Of a stretch of 64,000 nt of DNA, positions 38,500 through 47,911 are shown piece by piece (within the stretch, counting starts at the first letter, position 1; every line of letters begins with the position of its first letter). This DNA is from a virus. Location of the stretch: positions 64,001-128,000 of IMG/VR virus record IMGVR_UViG_3300047557_001530; one strand, 5' to 3'. The position numbers and the translations under genes are program-made. The notes beneath the pieces were generated by a model. It did not search any database, was not told the origin of the DNA, and saw only the letters and a list, made by a program, of their open reading frames with translations.

Positions 38500-38540
38500 A
38501 CTTTAAACTTACCCTGGTGGAGCCAATTACCCTAAATGCT

Positions 38541-38741
38541 ATGTCAGAAGTTAACATGAGGTTTGTCGAAGAACTCGACACAGGTGACAAAGTAATCACG
38601 TATTACAGCGTGAAAGAGATTGACAATCGATTCTACTACGTGTATAATGATGTCAATCACGGTCCTTACGAGGACTTTGACGATGCTGTGGAAGCAGCTT
38701 ATGAAGATTTGATTCTTCAAACAGTCACGGATGGACTATAA
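38541..38741 (+). CDS. Hypothetical acidic protein
   Basis: MSEVNMRFVEEL...HGPYEDFDDAVEAA. Confidence 0.6.
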   Translation: MSEVNMRFVEELDTGDKVITYYSVKEIDNRFYYVYNDVNHGPYEDFDDAVEAAYEDLILQTVTDGL

Positions 38742-38895
38742 CAGCACTGGTCGGGACCCCCTCGATTGTCCTCGTCGGATTGGACATTAAATATGCCGAC
38801 TGGTGCGGATGGGGTTTTTAACTCCCGCCGAGTTTCCAATTTTCTCGTAATCAAAATTGGTGGCGAGCCTGCTCACGGGGATTGACCGTCCCCAC
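38723..38895 (+). ncRNA. manA-like structured RNA next to a tRNA
   Basis: Pseudoknot TGTCC/GGACA + GTCGG/CCGAC, then TGGTGCGGATGGGG..CCCGCC GAG..CCAATTTT/AAAATTGG TGGCG; recalled as resembling the cyanophage manA motif, not searched. Confidence 0.55.
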
Positions 38896-38898
38896 CCT

Positions 38899-38970
38899 GC
38901 GAGATTAATTCAGTGGTAGAATGTCAGCCTTCCAAGCTGAACGTCAGGGGTTCAAATCCCCTATCTCGCT
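38899..38970 (+). tRNA. tRNA-Gly(TCC)
   Basis: GCGAGAT/ATCTCGC + U73, TCAGC-CTTCCAA-GCTGA. Confidence 0.93.
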
Positions 38971-39016
38971 TGCCCACTATGGGCTAAATAAACCTTGTAG
39001 TTAATTATACAATACT

Positions 39017-39898
39017 ATGATGATTCGTTCGTTTATTGCCGCTGGTGTTGCTGCCGCTTCTATGGCTGCTCCTGCTATGGCACAAGTTACCAGTGTTAAG
39101 CAACTGAGTGATGTTCAACCTACCCAGTGGTCGTATCAAGCGATTACTAATCTTGTTGAGCGTTATGGTTGTGTTGCTGGTTATCCCAATGGCACTTTCC
39201 AGCCTGGTCAACCTGCTACCCGTGCTGAGCTTGCTGCTCTCACGAATGCTTGCCTCGACCGTATCACTGAGTTCTACAGTGCTGCTGATGCCGCTCTGGC
39301 TGCTGCTCTCCGTGCTGAGTTCGCTAAAGAAATCGGTGCTACCAATGCCCGTGTGAGTGCTCTGGAACTCGCTGCTGCCCGTAAGGCACAAGGAGTTGGT
39401 AACTACCTTGGTGCTGGTGTACTTCTTAACAAGCAAGGTGTTGCTGGCAACGGTTACACCGAGAACCGTACTATCTCTGGTGCTACCATTCAAGGTCGTT
39501 ATGCTGTGAAGACTTTCAGCAATCAGAATGCTGTTGCTGTTCGTCCTTATGCTAACCTTGTCGGTACTCCTGCTGGTCAGATCGGTGCTGGTGGTGGTGC
39601 TCTCCTCTCTTATGATTGGAGCATTTCCCGTGCTGCTTCTGGTGTGAGCCGTGCTAACATCTACACTGGTGTTGGTTATCAAATTCCTTTCGTGAACGAT
39701 ACTGCTGCTAACTATCAGTCTGCTGTTGGCGAGAAGGGTCAAGTTGTGCTTGCTCTGGGTATCGAAGGTCGTCTGACCAACTCTCTCGTTGGTTTTGCTG
39801 ATCTGAAGTTCCCCACCACCAACGCTGCTAATAGCTATGGTGCTACCAATGGGACTTATTCTCCTGTGTTCACCACGGGTCTCGGCTTCAAGTTCTGA
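39017..39898 (+). CDS. SLH-domain outer-membrane protein (cyanobacterial porin-like N-terminus)
   Basis: Signal peptide, QVTSVKQLSDVQPTQWSYQAITNLVERYGCVAGYPNGTF..ATRAELAA..NACLDRI, beta-rich C-terminus ending GLGFKF. Confidence 0.85.
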   Translation: MMIRSFIAAGVAAASMAAPAMAQVTSVKQLSDVQPTQWSYQAITNLVERYGCVAGYPNGTFQPGQPATRAELAALTNACLDRITEFYSAADAALAAALRAEFAKEIGATNARVSALELAAARKAQGVGNYLGAGVLLNKQGVAGNGYTENRTISGATIQGRYAVKTFSNQNAVAVRPYANLVGTPAGQIGAGGGALLSYDWSISRAASGVSRANIYTGVGYQIPFVNDTAANYQSAVGEKGQVVLALGIEGRLTNSLVGFADLKFPTTNAANSYGATNGTYSPVFTTGLGFKF

Positions 39899-39972
39899 TT
39901 TGCTGACACTGGGGGGTTGACAAACCCCCCTTTCCCATATATACTAGTGTAACAATTCTTAATAAATCTACA

Positions 39973-40176
39973 ATGACTGTAACGACTAATGAATTTGGCC
40001 AACAAAATATGTGGGCTAAGGAACCTGAGATGGTCTATCAAGAATACAATCGTAAGGGTCTTTTGACCCCTATGCAAACTACGGAGATGTACAATGGACG
40101 CTGGGCTATGGTCGGTATTATTGCTGGGGCTATTTCTTATATTAGCACTGGCAAACTATTCTTCGGGATCTTCTGA
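39973..40176 (+). CDS. hli: High-light inducible protein
   Basis: EMYNGRWAMVG chlorophyll-binding motif, TGKLFFGIF. Confidence 0.9.
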   Translation: MTVTTNEFGQQNMWAKEPEMVYQEYNRKGLLTPMQTTEMYNGRWAMVGIIAGAISYISTGKLFFGIF

Positions 40177-40189
40177 CAATTGATTGACA

Positions 40190-40276
40190 ATGACTGAAAT
40201 TTTGTTTACAATTACAGGAGTCAGCTTTTTAGTTCTGCTGGCATATTCTGTAGAAAAACTTTGCGAAACTTACTAA
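40190..40276 (+). CDS. 28-aa membrane peptide
   Basis: [28 protein letters not shown]; TAATG coupling to petF. Confidence 0.5.
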   Translation: MTEILFTITGVSFLVLLAYSVEKLCETY

Positions 40277-40569
40277 TGACTACCTATAACGTTACACTCC
40301 AATCCCCTGACGGCACTGAACAATCTTTTGAATGTCCTGAAGATCAGTACATTCTTGATGCTGCTGAATTTGCAGATATCGATCTTCCTTTTTCTTGTAA
40401 GGCAGGTGCTTGCTCTGCCTGTGCTGGTAAAGTGATTTCTGGGGAGATTGACAATGAGGAACAATCTTTCCTGGATGATGACCAAATGGCAGATGGATTT
40501 GCTCTCCTTTGTGTGGCATATCCTAAATCCAATTGTGTAATTCTCACTGAGCAGGAAGAAAACCTGTGA
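40276..40569 (+). CDS. petF: Plant-type [2Fe-2S] ferredoxin
   Basis: [33 protein letters not shown]. Confidence 0.96.
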   Translation: MTTYNVTLQSPDGTEQSFECPEDQYILDAAEFADIDLPFSCKAGACSACAGKVISGEIDNEEQSFLDDDQMADGFALLCVAYPKSNCVILTEQEENL

Positions 40570-40730
40570 GTGCTGGAATGCTAGGGCAATTAAGTCTTGC
40601 CCTTCAACAACTCGTAGAAGAAGGTGTCTGGTCTAACGATGACGAACTTAAAGTTTGTATCGCAGGCACTTTAAAAAAAGACAAATTTATTGTTATTCAG
40701 AACACTACTAAAAGAGGAGAAACAAAATGA
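40566..40730 (+). CDS. Small hypothetical protein (54 aa)
   Basis: GTG start overlapping petF stop; stop overlaps next hli ATG. Confidence 0.55.
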   Translation: MSAGMLGQLSLALQQLVEEGVWSNDDELKVCIAGTLKKDKFIVIQNTTKRGETK

Positions 40731-40846
40731 AATTCGGATTTACCCCTGAGGCTGAGATTCTCAACGCACGTCTGGCAATGCTTGGGTTTGTAATTGCTAT
40801 TGGTACTTACTTCACTACTGGGCAAATTATTCCAAGTGTTTGGTGA
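40727..40846 (+). CDS. hli: High-light inducible protein (short type)
   Basis: Manually read [39 protein letters not shown]. Confidence 0.9.
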   Translation: MKFGFTPEAEILNARLAMLGFVIAIGTYFTTGQIIPSVW

Positions 40847-40926
40847 TTAAAAAATAAATAAAAGATGAGGTCGAGAGACCTCTTTTTTTATGCAGATAAA
40901 TAATATTTAAACGGGTTATTGTCTCA

Positions 40927-43900
40927 ATGTCTAGACTAAGAGCTGATAGAGTTGTCAACAAAAATGCAAATGGTCCTTTTGAAGCAAGTGAAGGTATTAA
41001 AATACCATTAAATAAATCAATTACTATTGGAACTGATAGTGGTAGCACTGGGGACTTTTTAAAAAAATTAGGTAATAGTTTAGAATGGGGTAGTATTCCT
41101 CCCGCATCTCAAGCAGAACTTGGATTAGTTTATATTGGATCTGGATTAAATGTAGATGAAAACGGATTACTTACCACGCAATTTGATGGCACTCTTGGTG
41201 ATTTGCAAGATGTTGATATAACTACAGATCCTCCAGTTATAGGGCAAGTTTTAAAATGGAATGGTACTAAATGGGTTCCTAATACAGATGCAGTTTTTTC
41301 TGGAGACTATCTAGACTTAATCAATTTACCCGAATTAACTTTAAATGCTATAACTGAAAATGGTAATGCCACGTTGAATGAAATTCTTATTGGTGGGTTG
41401 GGAGTTTATGATCCTACTAATACAGATAGAAATAGTTTTTATGAATGGAGCGGTGATACTTATAATCAATATATTGAGACATTAACTAATCTAGGTAAAT
41501 ATAATATTACCATTGATGGTAATACAATTCTTTATGTTCATACCAAATCTGGGGATAATAATCCAGGTGTTGGAATCAATAAAGTTCCTGCGTTTAAAGG
41601 TCTTGATGTAGCAGGTAATTTTGGATTGAATGGTAGTATTCATATTAATGAAAGTATTAGATATGTACAATCATTGGTTCCAGAATCTACTGCTACCAAT
41701 ATCGATTTAGGATCAACTACTAGATTGTGGAGATCTGGATATTTTCAAACTAGTGTATTGATTGGTTCTGGCACAGATACTGGAACAGCCAATCAAAAAC
41801 TTCAAGTTACTGGTGGTGCTTATGTTTCTGATAATGTAGGTATAGGATACACAGCACCAACAGATAAGTTGGCAGTTAATGGCAATGAATATGTTAATGG
41901 AAACATTACTTTAACTGGCGAACTTCGTGGTCCTTCTGTATTTGTAATTGATCCAGCGGTAGTTGGAAACAATACAGGAACAGTTCAAATTAAAGGTGAT
42001 CTTCAAGTTGATGGAACGACCACCACAATTAATTCTACGATTACAAGTATTGCTGACCCTATCGTAGAACTAAGAAGAGGCAATTCTTTATTAGGTGCTG
42101 ATGGTGGCATTCAAGTTAACTTAACGACCAATGGCACTGGCACTGTTACTTCATACCAGAGAGTACAATGGAACAATAGCAATACTCGCTGGGAAACAAC
42201 TGACGGCACTACACCAAAACCAATTGTTAATACTGTAGATAACTTTACTGTTGGTGGTACATTTACTTTTAACAATAACGTCACTTTTGGTGACGTAGTA
42301 ACTGACACTATTACAGTAAACTCACAGTTTGTAAATGGAACTAAGCTTAGAACTGCACAAAATATAAGCAACACTCTTGCATTGGCAGCATATGATGTTG
42401 ATGGAACATCCTATACAGATTTAATTACATTAACTGCATCTAATACACCAACACTAACACTGGTTTCTACTGGAGTTGGTTCTATTAACAACATGAACAT
42501 CGGTGCTACTACAAGAGCTACTGGTGCGTTCACAACTCTAGATGCTAATAGCACAACAACGATCAATCCAGCAAACGCTAACGTATCTATTACTCCTTCT
42601 GGAACTGGAGTTTTAACAATTTCTTCTGGTGCAGTTGGTTCAATTAATAATGTAAATATCGGTGCCACCACTAGAGGCACTGGTGCTTTCACAACTCTAG
42701 ATGCTAACGGTACTGTTATTCTGGGAGATGCTTCTGCAGATACAGTTACTGTAAATGGAACTTCTACGTTTAATGCTGATGTTACCTTAAATACTAATCT
42801 TACTATAGGAAATGCTGATACTGATACAGTCACTATTTCTTCTCAATTTGCTGCAAGTACCCAACTTAAAACTTCCAAGGGAACAAATGAAACATTAAAT
42901 ATTGCAGCTTATGATGTAGATGGAACTGCGTATACTAATTTAATTACTTTAACTGCAGCGAATAATCCTTTACTAACAATTAGTTCTGTTGCTACAGGTA
43001 CAATTAATAACATGAGCATCGGTGCATCTACTAGAAGCACTGGTGCTTTTACTACATTGCAAGCAAATAGCACCACCACAATTAACCCAGCAAACGCTAA
43101 CGTATCTATTACTCCTTCAGGAACTGGGGTTTTAACTATTTCTTCTGGTGCTGTAGGTGCTATTGACAATGTAAATATCGGTGCCAGCACTAGAGGTACT
43201 GGTGCATTTACAACATTAAATGCTAATGGTGATGTTACTCTCGGTGATGCATCAACTGATAACGTAACAGTAAATGCAACTTCCACATTCAATTCTAGCG
43301 TTACTTTATCTGGTGTAACTTCTAATTTAATTGTTGGAGGTGAACTTCGTGGTCCTTCTGTATTTGTAATTGATCCTGCTGTTGTTGGTGATGATACAGG
43401 TCTTGTCAGAATTAAAGGTAATCTTGAAGTTCTTGGTACAACCACAACTATTAACTCAACAGTAACTACAATTGCAGATCCTTTCCTTGAACTTCGTAGA
43501 GGTAATTCTTTAACCGCTGCGGATGGTGGTATTCAAGTTAATTTAACTACAGACGGTTCGGGAAATGTTACTTCATCTCAAACTATTCAATGGAATAATT
43601 CTTCATTGAGATGGGAAACTACCGATGGTACTACTGCAAAACCAATCGTTAATACAGTAGATAGTTTTACATTTGCGAGTTCTATTTCTTTTGATGCAAA
43701 CGTAACATTAGGCAATGCTGTATCTGATACGATTACTGTAAACTCACAGTTTGTAAATGGAACTCAATTTAGATCTTCGCAATCAAATGGCAACACACTT
43801 GCAATTGCTGCATATGATTTAGATGGAACTACTTATACTAATTTAATTACATTAACTGCATCTAATACTCCAACATTAACATTAGTTTCTACTGGTGTTG

Positions 43901-45441
43901 GTAGTATTGATAACATGAATATTGGTGCTACTACTAGAGGCACTGGTGCTTTTACAACATTAAGTGCCAACAATACCGTTAGCTTGTCTCCTGTTAATAA
44001 TAATGTAACTATTTCTCCTACAGGCACAGGAGTTTTGACGTTATCTTCTGGTGCTGTAGGAACTCTTGACAACGTAAACATTGGTACTACCACAAGAGGT
44101 ACTGGTGCATTTACTACTCTTAGTGCTAATGGTAATGTAATTCTAGGTGATGCTTCTGCGGATACTGTAACTATTAATGGAACAACAACCATCAATGCCC
44201 CACTAACATTTACAGGTGCTACATCACACTTAACATTAACTGGAGAATTACGTGGTCCAGCCACGTTTATTATTGACCCAGCAACTGTTGGTGATGACAC
44301 TGGAATAGTTCAAATTAAAGGAAATCTTGAAGTTCTTGGAACTACTACAACAATTAATTCTACAATCACTACTATTGCAGATCCAATTGTTGAACTTAGA
44401 AGAGGAAACTCTTTAACCGCTGCTGATGGTGGCATTCAAGTTAACTTAACAACAACTGGTGGCGGAGTAGTATCAACATATCAAAGAATTCAGTGGAACA
44501 ATACAAACACTCGTTGGGAAACTACTGATGGCACTACTGTAAAACCAATCGTCAACACAGTAGATAGCTTTACTTTTGCTAATACAATTAATTTTAACTC
44601 TAATGTAACTATTGGAGATGCTGTTTCTGATGTTATTACTATCAATTCTCAATTTGCAAATGGTTCAGAATTAAGAACAGGAACTTCTAGTGGCAATAAT
44701 TATTCTCTTGCAGCATATGACGTAGATGGTGCCGCTTATGCAGATTTAATTACCTTAACTGCATCTAATACACCAACTGTTAATATTATTTCTACTGGTG
44801 TTGGTACTATCGATAATATGAATATAGGTGCTACCACAAGAGGAACTGGGGCATTTACAACTTTAGATGCGAATAGTACAGTTGTATTATCTCCAGCAAA
44901 TGCTAATGTAACTATTTCGCCATCAGGAACTGGAACTGTTACAATTTCTCCAGCGGGTGGATTGACAATTGCTCCAGCTACATCACTATCTATCTCTCCT
45001 ACAGTGGTGGGAACTATCAACAATGTAAACATTGGTGCCACTACTAGAGGTACTGGTGCATTTACAACTTTAGATGCTAATGGTAATGTAACATTAGGAG
45101 ATGCTTCTGGTGATGCTATTAATATTAATGGTACTACTTTAGTAAATGCCCCTATGTCATTTACTGGGGCTGCTTCGCATCTTACTTTAACTGGAGAACT
45201 TCGTGGTCCAGCTTCATTTATCATTGATCCAGCTACAGTAGGAGATGATACAGGAACTGTTACAATTAGGGGTAGTTTAACAGTTAATGGTGTTAATACT
45301 GCAGATAGACTAAAAAATACTGCTGCTCCTGCAACTGCATCGTCTACAGGAACTGCTGGCGACATTAGATATGCTAGTGGATTCCTGTATGTTTGTGTTG
45401 CTACAAATACCTGGCAGAGAGTGGCGATTGCTACTTGGTAA
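40927..45441 (+). CDS. Long repeat-rich tail-fibre/adhesin-like protein (1504 aa)
   Basis: Late box upstream; T/G/N/S-rich; repeats ELRGPxxFxIDPAxVG and NIGATTRGTGAFTTL; C-terminal GTAGDIRY..YVCVATNTWQR fibre motif. Confidence 0.8.
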   Translation: MSRLRADRVVNKNANGPFEASEGIKIPLNKSITIGTDSGSTGDFLKKLGNSLEWGSIPPASQAELGLVYIGSGLNVDENGLLTTQFDGTLGDLQDVDITTDPPVIGQVLKWNGTKWVPNTDAVFSGDYLDLINLPELTLNAITENGNATLNEILIGGLGVYDPTNTDRNSFYEWSGDTYNQYIETLTNLGKYNITIDGNTILYVHTKSGDNNPGVGINKVPAFKGLDVAGNFGLNGSIHINESIRYVQSLVPESTATNIDLGSTTRLWRSGYFQTSVLIGSGTDTGTANQKLQVTGGAYVSDNVGIGYTAPTDKLAVNGNEYVNGNITLTGELRGPSVFVIDPAVVGNNTGTVQIKGDLQVDGTTTTINSTITSIADPIVELRRGNSLLGADGGIQVNLTTNGTGTVTSYQRVQWNNSNTRWETTDGTTPKPIVNTVDNFTVGGTFTFNNNVTFGDVVTDTITVNSQFVNGTKLRTAQNISNTLALAAYDVDGTSYTDLITLTASNTPTLTLVSTGVGSINNMNIGATTRATGAFTTLDANSTTTINPANANVSITPSGTGVLTISSGAVGSINNVNIGATTRGTGAFTTLDANGTVILGDASADTVTVNGTSTFNADVTLNTNLTIGNADTDTVTISSQFAASTQLKTSKGTNETLNIAAYDVDGTAYTNLITLTAANNPLLTISSVATGTINNMSIGASTRSTGAFTTLQANSTTTINPANANVSITPSGTGVLTISSGAVGAIDNVNIGASTRGTGAFTTLNANGDVTLGDASTDNVTVNATSTFNSSVTLSGVTSNLIVGGELRGPSVFVIDPAVVGDDTGLVRIKGNLEVLGTTTTINSTVTTIADPFLELRRGNSLTAADGGIQVNLTTDGSGNVTSSQTIQWNNSSLRWETTDGTTAKPIVNTVDSFTFASSISFDANVTLGNAVSDTITVNSQFVNGTQFRSSQSNGNTLAIAAYDLDGTTYTNLITLTASNTPTLTLVSTGVGSIDNMNIGATTRGTGAFTTLSANNTVSLSPVNNNVTISPTGTGVLTLSSGAVGTLDNVNIGTTTRGTGAFTTLSANGNVILGDASADTVTINGTTTINAPLTFTGATSHLTLTGELRGPATFIIDPATVGDDTGIVQIKGNLEVLGTTTTINSTITTIADPIVELRRGNSLTAADGGIQVNLTTTGGGVVSTYQRIQWNNTNTRWETTDGTTVKPIVNTVDSFTFANTINFNSNVTIGDAVSDVITINSQFANGSELRTGTSSGNNYSLAAYDVDGAAYADLITLTASNTPTVNIISTGVGTIDNMNIGATTRGTGAFTTLDANSTVVLSPANANVTISPSGTGTVTISPAGGLTIAPATSLSISPTVVGTINNVNIGATTRGTGAFTTLDANGNVTLGDASGDAININGTTLVNAPMSFTGAASHLTLTGELRGPASFIIDPATVGDDTGTVTIRGSLTVNGVNTADRLKNTAAPATASSTGTAGDIRYASGFLYVCVATNTWQRVAIATW
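41920..45290 (+). repeat. Nested internal tandem repeats of the fibre gene
   Basis: ELRGP module 4x (~41920, 43340, 44245, 45195); near-identical DNA such as CCAGCAAACGCTAACGTATCTATTACTCCTTC at ~42568 and ~43087. Confidence 0.85.
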
Positions 45442-45449
45442 CAAAAGGA

Positions 45450-45530
45450 CAGTTGATCGACTGACCCCTTGACAGGGGAGGGAACCCGTGCTATTATAAA
45501 TATTGTTAGGAAATGGAAACATTTCTTAAC
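45450..45530 (+). promoter_or_regulatory. psbA composite promoter (sigma70 + late box) and 5' hairpin
   Basis: TTGACA(45469)-N17-TATTAT overlapping TATAAATA; hairpin TGTTAGGAAATG-GAAA-CATTTCTTAACA. Confidence 0.7.
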
Positions 45531-45561
45531 ATACTTTTTAAACCTTACTGTCTTAATAACT

Positions 45562-46641
45562 ATGACTGCTACTCTCGCTCAAAAGCGTGAAAGCAACACT
45601 TGGGAACAGTTCTGTGAGTGGGTGACTTCTACCAACAATCGTCTTTACGTTGGTTGGTTTGGAACTCTAATGATTCCTACCCTGCTCGCTGCTACTATCT
45701 GTTTCATCGTTGCCTTCATTGCTGCACCTCCCGTTGACATCGACGGTATTCGTGAACCTGTTGCTGGTTCACTTCTTTATGGAAATAACATCATCTCTGG
45801 TGCTGTTGTTCCTTCTAGCAATGCTATCGGACTTCACTTCTATCCTATTTGGGAAGCTGCTTCTCTCGATGAGTGGCTATATAATGGTGGACCATTTCAA
45901 CTGGTCGTCTTCCACTTTCTGATTGGTATCTATGCCTACATGGGTCGTGAATGGGAACTATCTTACCGACTGGGTATGCGTCCTTGGATTTGTGTTGCCT
46001 ACTCTGCACCCGTTGCTGCTGCTTCTGCAGTGTTCCTGGTCTATCCCTTTGGTCAAGGATCCTTCAGTGACGCAATGCCTCTTGGGATTTCGGGAACTTT
46101 CAACTACATGCTTGTTTTCCAGGCAGAACACAACATTCTTATGCATCCTTTCCACATGTTGGGAGTTGCTGGTGTCTTCGGTGGTTCTCTTTTCTCTGCT
46201 ATGCACGGATCTCTTGTCACCTCTTCTCTCGTCCGTGAGACGACAGAAACTGAGTCTCAAAACTATGGATATAAGTTTGGACAAGAAGAAGAAACCTATA
46301 ACATCGTTGCCGCCCACGGTTACTTTGGAAGACTCATCTTCCAATATGCCTCATTCAATAACAGTCGTAGTCTACACTTTTTCCTTGCTGCTTGGCCTGT
46401 TGTTGGCATTTGGTTTGCTGCTCTGGGTGTTAGCACTATGGCATTCAACCTGAACGGCTTTAACTTCAATCAGTCACTGGTTGATTCTCAGAATCGTGTG
46501 ATTAACACTTGGGCCGATGTGCTTAACCGTGCCAACCTTGGCTTTGAGGTAATGCATGAGCGTAATGCTCACAACTTCCCTCTAGACCTTGCTGCTGCAA
46601 ATACAACCCCTGTTGCACTCACTGCACCAGCTATCGGTTGA
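45562..46641 (+). CDS. psbA: Photosystem II D1 protein
   Basis: [32 protein letters not shown]; 359 aa, no intron. Confidence 0.99.
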   Translation: MTATLAQKRESNTWEQFCEWVTSTNNRLYVGWFGTLMIPTLLAATICFIVAFIAAPPVDIDGIREPVAGSLLYGNNIISGAVVPSSNAIGLHFYPIWEAASLDEWLYNGGPFQLVVFHFLIGIYAYMGREWELSYRLGMRPWICVAYSAPVAAASAVFLVYPFGQGSFSDAMPLGISGTFNYMLVFQAEHNILMHPFHMLGVAGVFGGSLFSAMHGSLVTSSLVRETTETESQNYGYKFGQEEETYNIVAAHGYFGRLIFQYASFNNSRSLHFFLAAWPVVGIWFAALGVSTMAFNLNGFNFNQSLVDSQNRVINTWADVLNRANLGFEVMHERNAHNFPLDLAAANTTPVALTAPAIG

Positions 46642-46661
46642 CATGCCTTCTAGACGGTTTC

Positions 46662-46688
46662 AGGAGCCCTTAGGGGCTCCTTTTTTTA
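46662..46688 (+). terminator. Intrinsic terminator after psbA
   Basis: AGGAGCCC-TTAG-GGGCTCCT + T tract. Confidence 0.9.
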
Positions 46689-46793
46689 TGGGGTCAGCAG
46701 CTCAAGATACAATAAAAATTGTTTTGTAATCAAATTAACACTTGACAAATCGCTAGGAATGCCCTACAATACAGGAGTGAATTTTTATTAAAC

Positions 46794-47471
46794 ATGACAA
46801 AGTATAACGTGTGGATTAGTTGTGGGGAAAGTTCGTGGCACCGCACATATTTTAATGAGTTAGGTGCAGTTGAGTTAACTCCTGAACAAATTGAAAAGTA
46901 TTTTACTTTTAGTGAGGATGGCGAAATTGATTTTGATCCTGATGTGTTAGCAGAAGCATCTGATAAAGATTGGGATGATGAAGACAGAGATTTTCCTACT
47001 TGGGATACAATTACTGATGGTTGTATTTGCTGGGGTCCTGATGTAGACGATCAAAACATCGGTGTATGTTTAGCTGATGATGAAAGTGATGAAGAAAAGC
47101 AAATATGGGTTAAACCACTTTCCGCATTAACTTTCTATACCAGAGAAGAGATTGAAGAGAAAATGCCAGAAGAAAATGAAGAAACTGGAGCTATTTGTAG
47201 AATAAATTATGAACTCTGTGGTAAAGAAGGCGTTTGGATTCTTTATAATTCTTATGAGAGGGGTGGTTATATTGGAGAATTTGAATTGCCAGATGATGTT
47301 GAATTTGATCCGTCAAAATTAGTTGTAAATATAGAAGAAGTTGCAGAAACTTGGACTATTGTAACTGGCATCGAATATGCTGGAGAAGACATTTATTGTG
47401 ATGGAGATACAACTGGAAAAGGAATTGATTGGCATGTTTATTACAAAGACAATCTTTATAGTTTTAAATAA
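46794..47471 (+). CDS. Highly acidic hypothetical protein
   Basis: D/E-rich 225-aa ORF with its own TTGACA-N17-TACAAT promoter and AGGAG upstream. Confidence 0.75.
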   Translation: MTKYNVWISCGESSWHRTYFNELGAVELTPEQIEKYFTFSEDGEIDFDPDVLAEASDKDWDDEDRDFPTWDTITDGCICWGPDVDDQNIGVCLADDESDEEKQIWVKPLSALTFYTREEIEEKMPEENEETGAICRINYELCGKEGVWILYNSYERGGYIGEFELPDDVEFDPSKLVVNIEEVAETWTIVTGIEYAGEDIYCDGDTTGKGIDWHVYYKDNLYSFK

Positions 47472-47476
47472 TTAAT

Positions 47477-47737
47477 ATGAATATTAAAATTTACACAGTT
47501 AACGGTTGCGTTTATTGCGAAAAAATTAAAGAACTTATGAGGAGAGCCGATGTAGAATATAATACTATTCTTGTTGGTAAAGATATTTCAAGAAATGAAT
47601 TTAAAATGAAATATCCTTTTGCTTCTGGGTTTCCTTATACTATTATTGATGAAGAACCAGTTGGAGGTTTAGTAGAAACAGTAAAACTTTTTGTAGAAAA
47701 AGGTTTAGTATCATCAAAGAAAAATGCCGAACAATGA
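47477..47737 (+). CDS. nrdC: Glutaredoxin
   Basis: YTVNGCVYC (CxxC), GFPYTII..PVGG. Confidence 0.85.
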   Translation: MNIKIYTVNGCVYCEKIKELMRRADVEYNTILVGKDISRNEFKMKYPFASGFPYTIIDEEPVGGLVETVKLFVEKGLVSSKKNAEQ

Positions 47738-47888
47738 TCAAACGCCCATAAATAAAGGTGTGGAGCTAATGCTCAGGAGGGTTGCTAAAGAACCTAAAAC
47801 ATTTGGTTTAAAATTATTCAAACAATTTTCCCTCCGAAAAAAACAATTCTTTTTTAGATTTGAATTTACGTGGAGGGACTTAAACTAA
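47724..47888 (+). CDS. Small basic hypothetical protein (54 aa)
   Basis: Manually read MPNNDQTPINKGVELMLRR...FRFEFTWRDLN. Confidence 0.55.
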   Translation: MPNNDQTPINKGVELMLRRVAKEPKTFGLKLFKQFSLRKKQFFFRFEFTWRDLN

Positions 47889-47911
47889 CCAAGTCACTCG
47901 GAGAATTAAAA

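Noticed and set aside
39005-39742. 245-aa minus-strand ORF opposite the SLH porin
   Set aside because: S/T-rich mirror of GCT/GGT codons; no independent signals
42111-45365. Several minus-strand V/P/A-rich ORFs and DNA repeats that might suggest a CRISPR or DGR
   Set aside because: Repeats are in-frame protein repeats with no constant repeat-spacer period, no adenine-specific variation and no reverse transcriptase
45469-45561. Upstream TTG start giving a 390-aa D1 (also extended starts for g3, g55, g32, g4, g53)
   Set aside because: Extensions run through promoter or terminator sequence; conserved N-termini start at downstream ATGs
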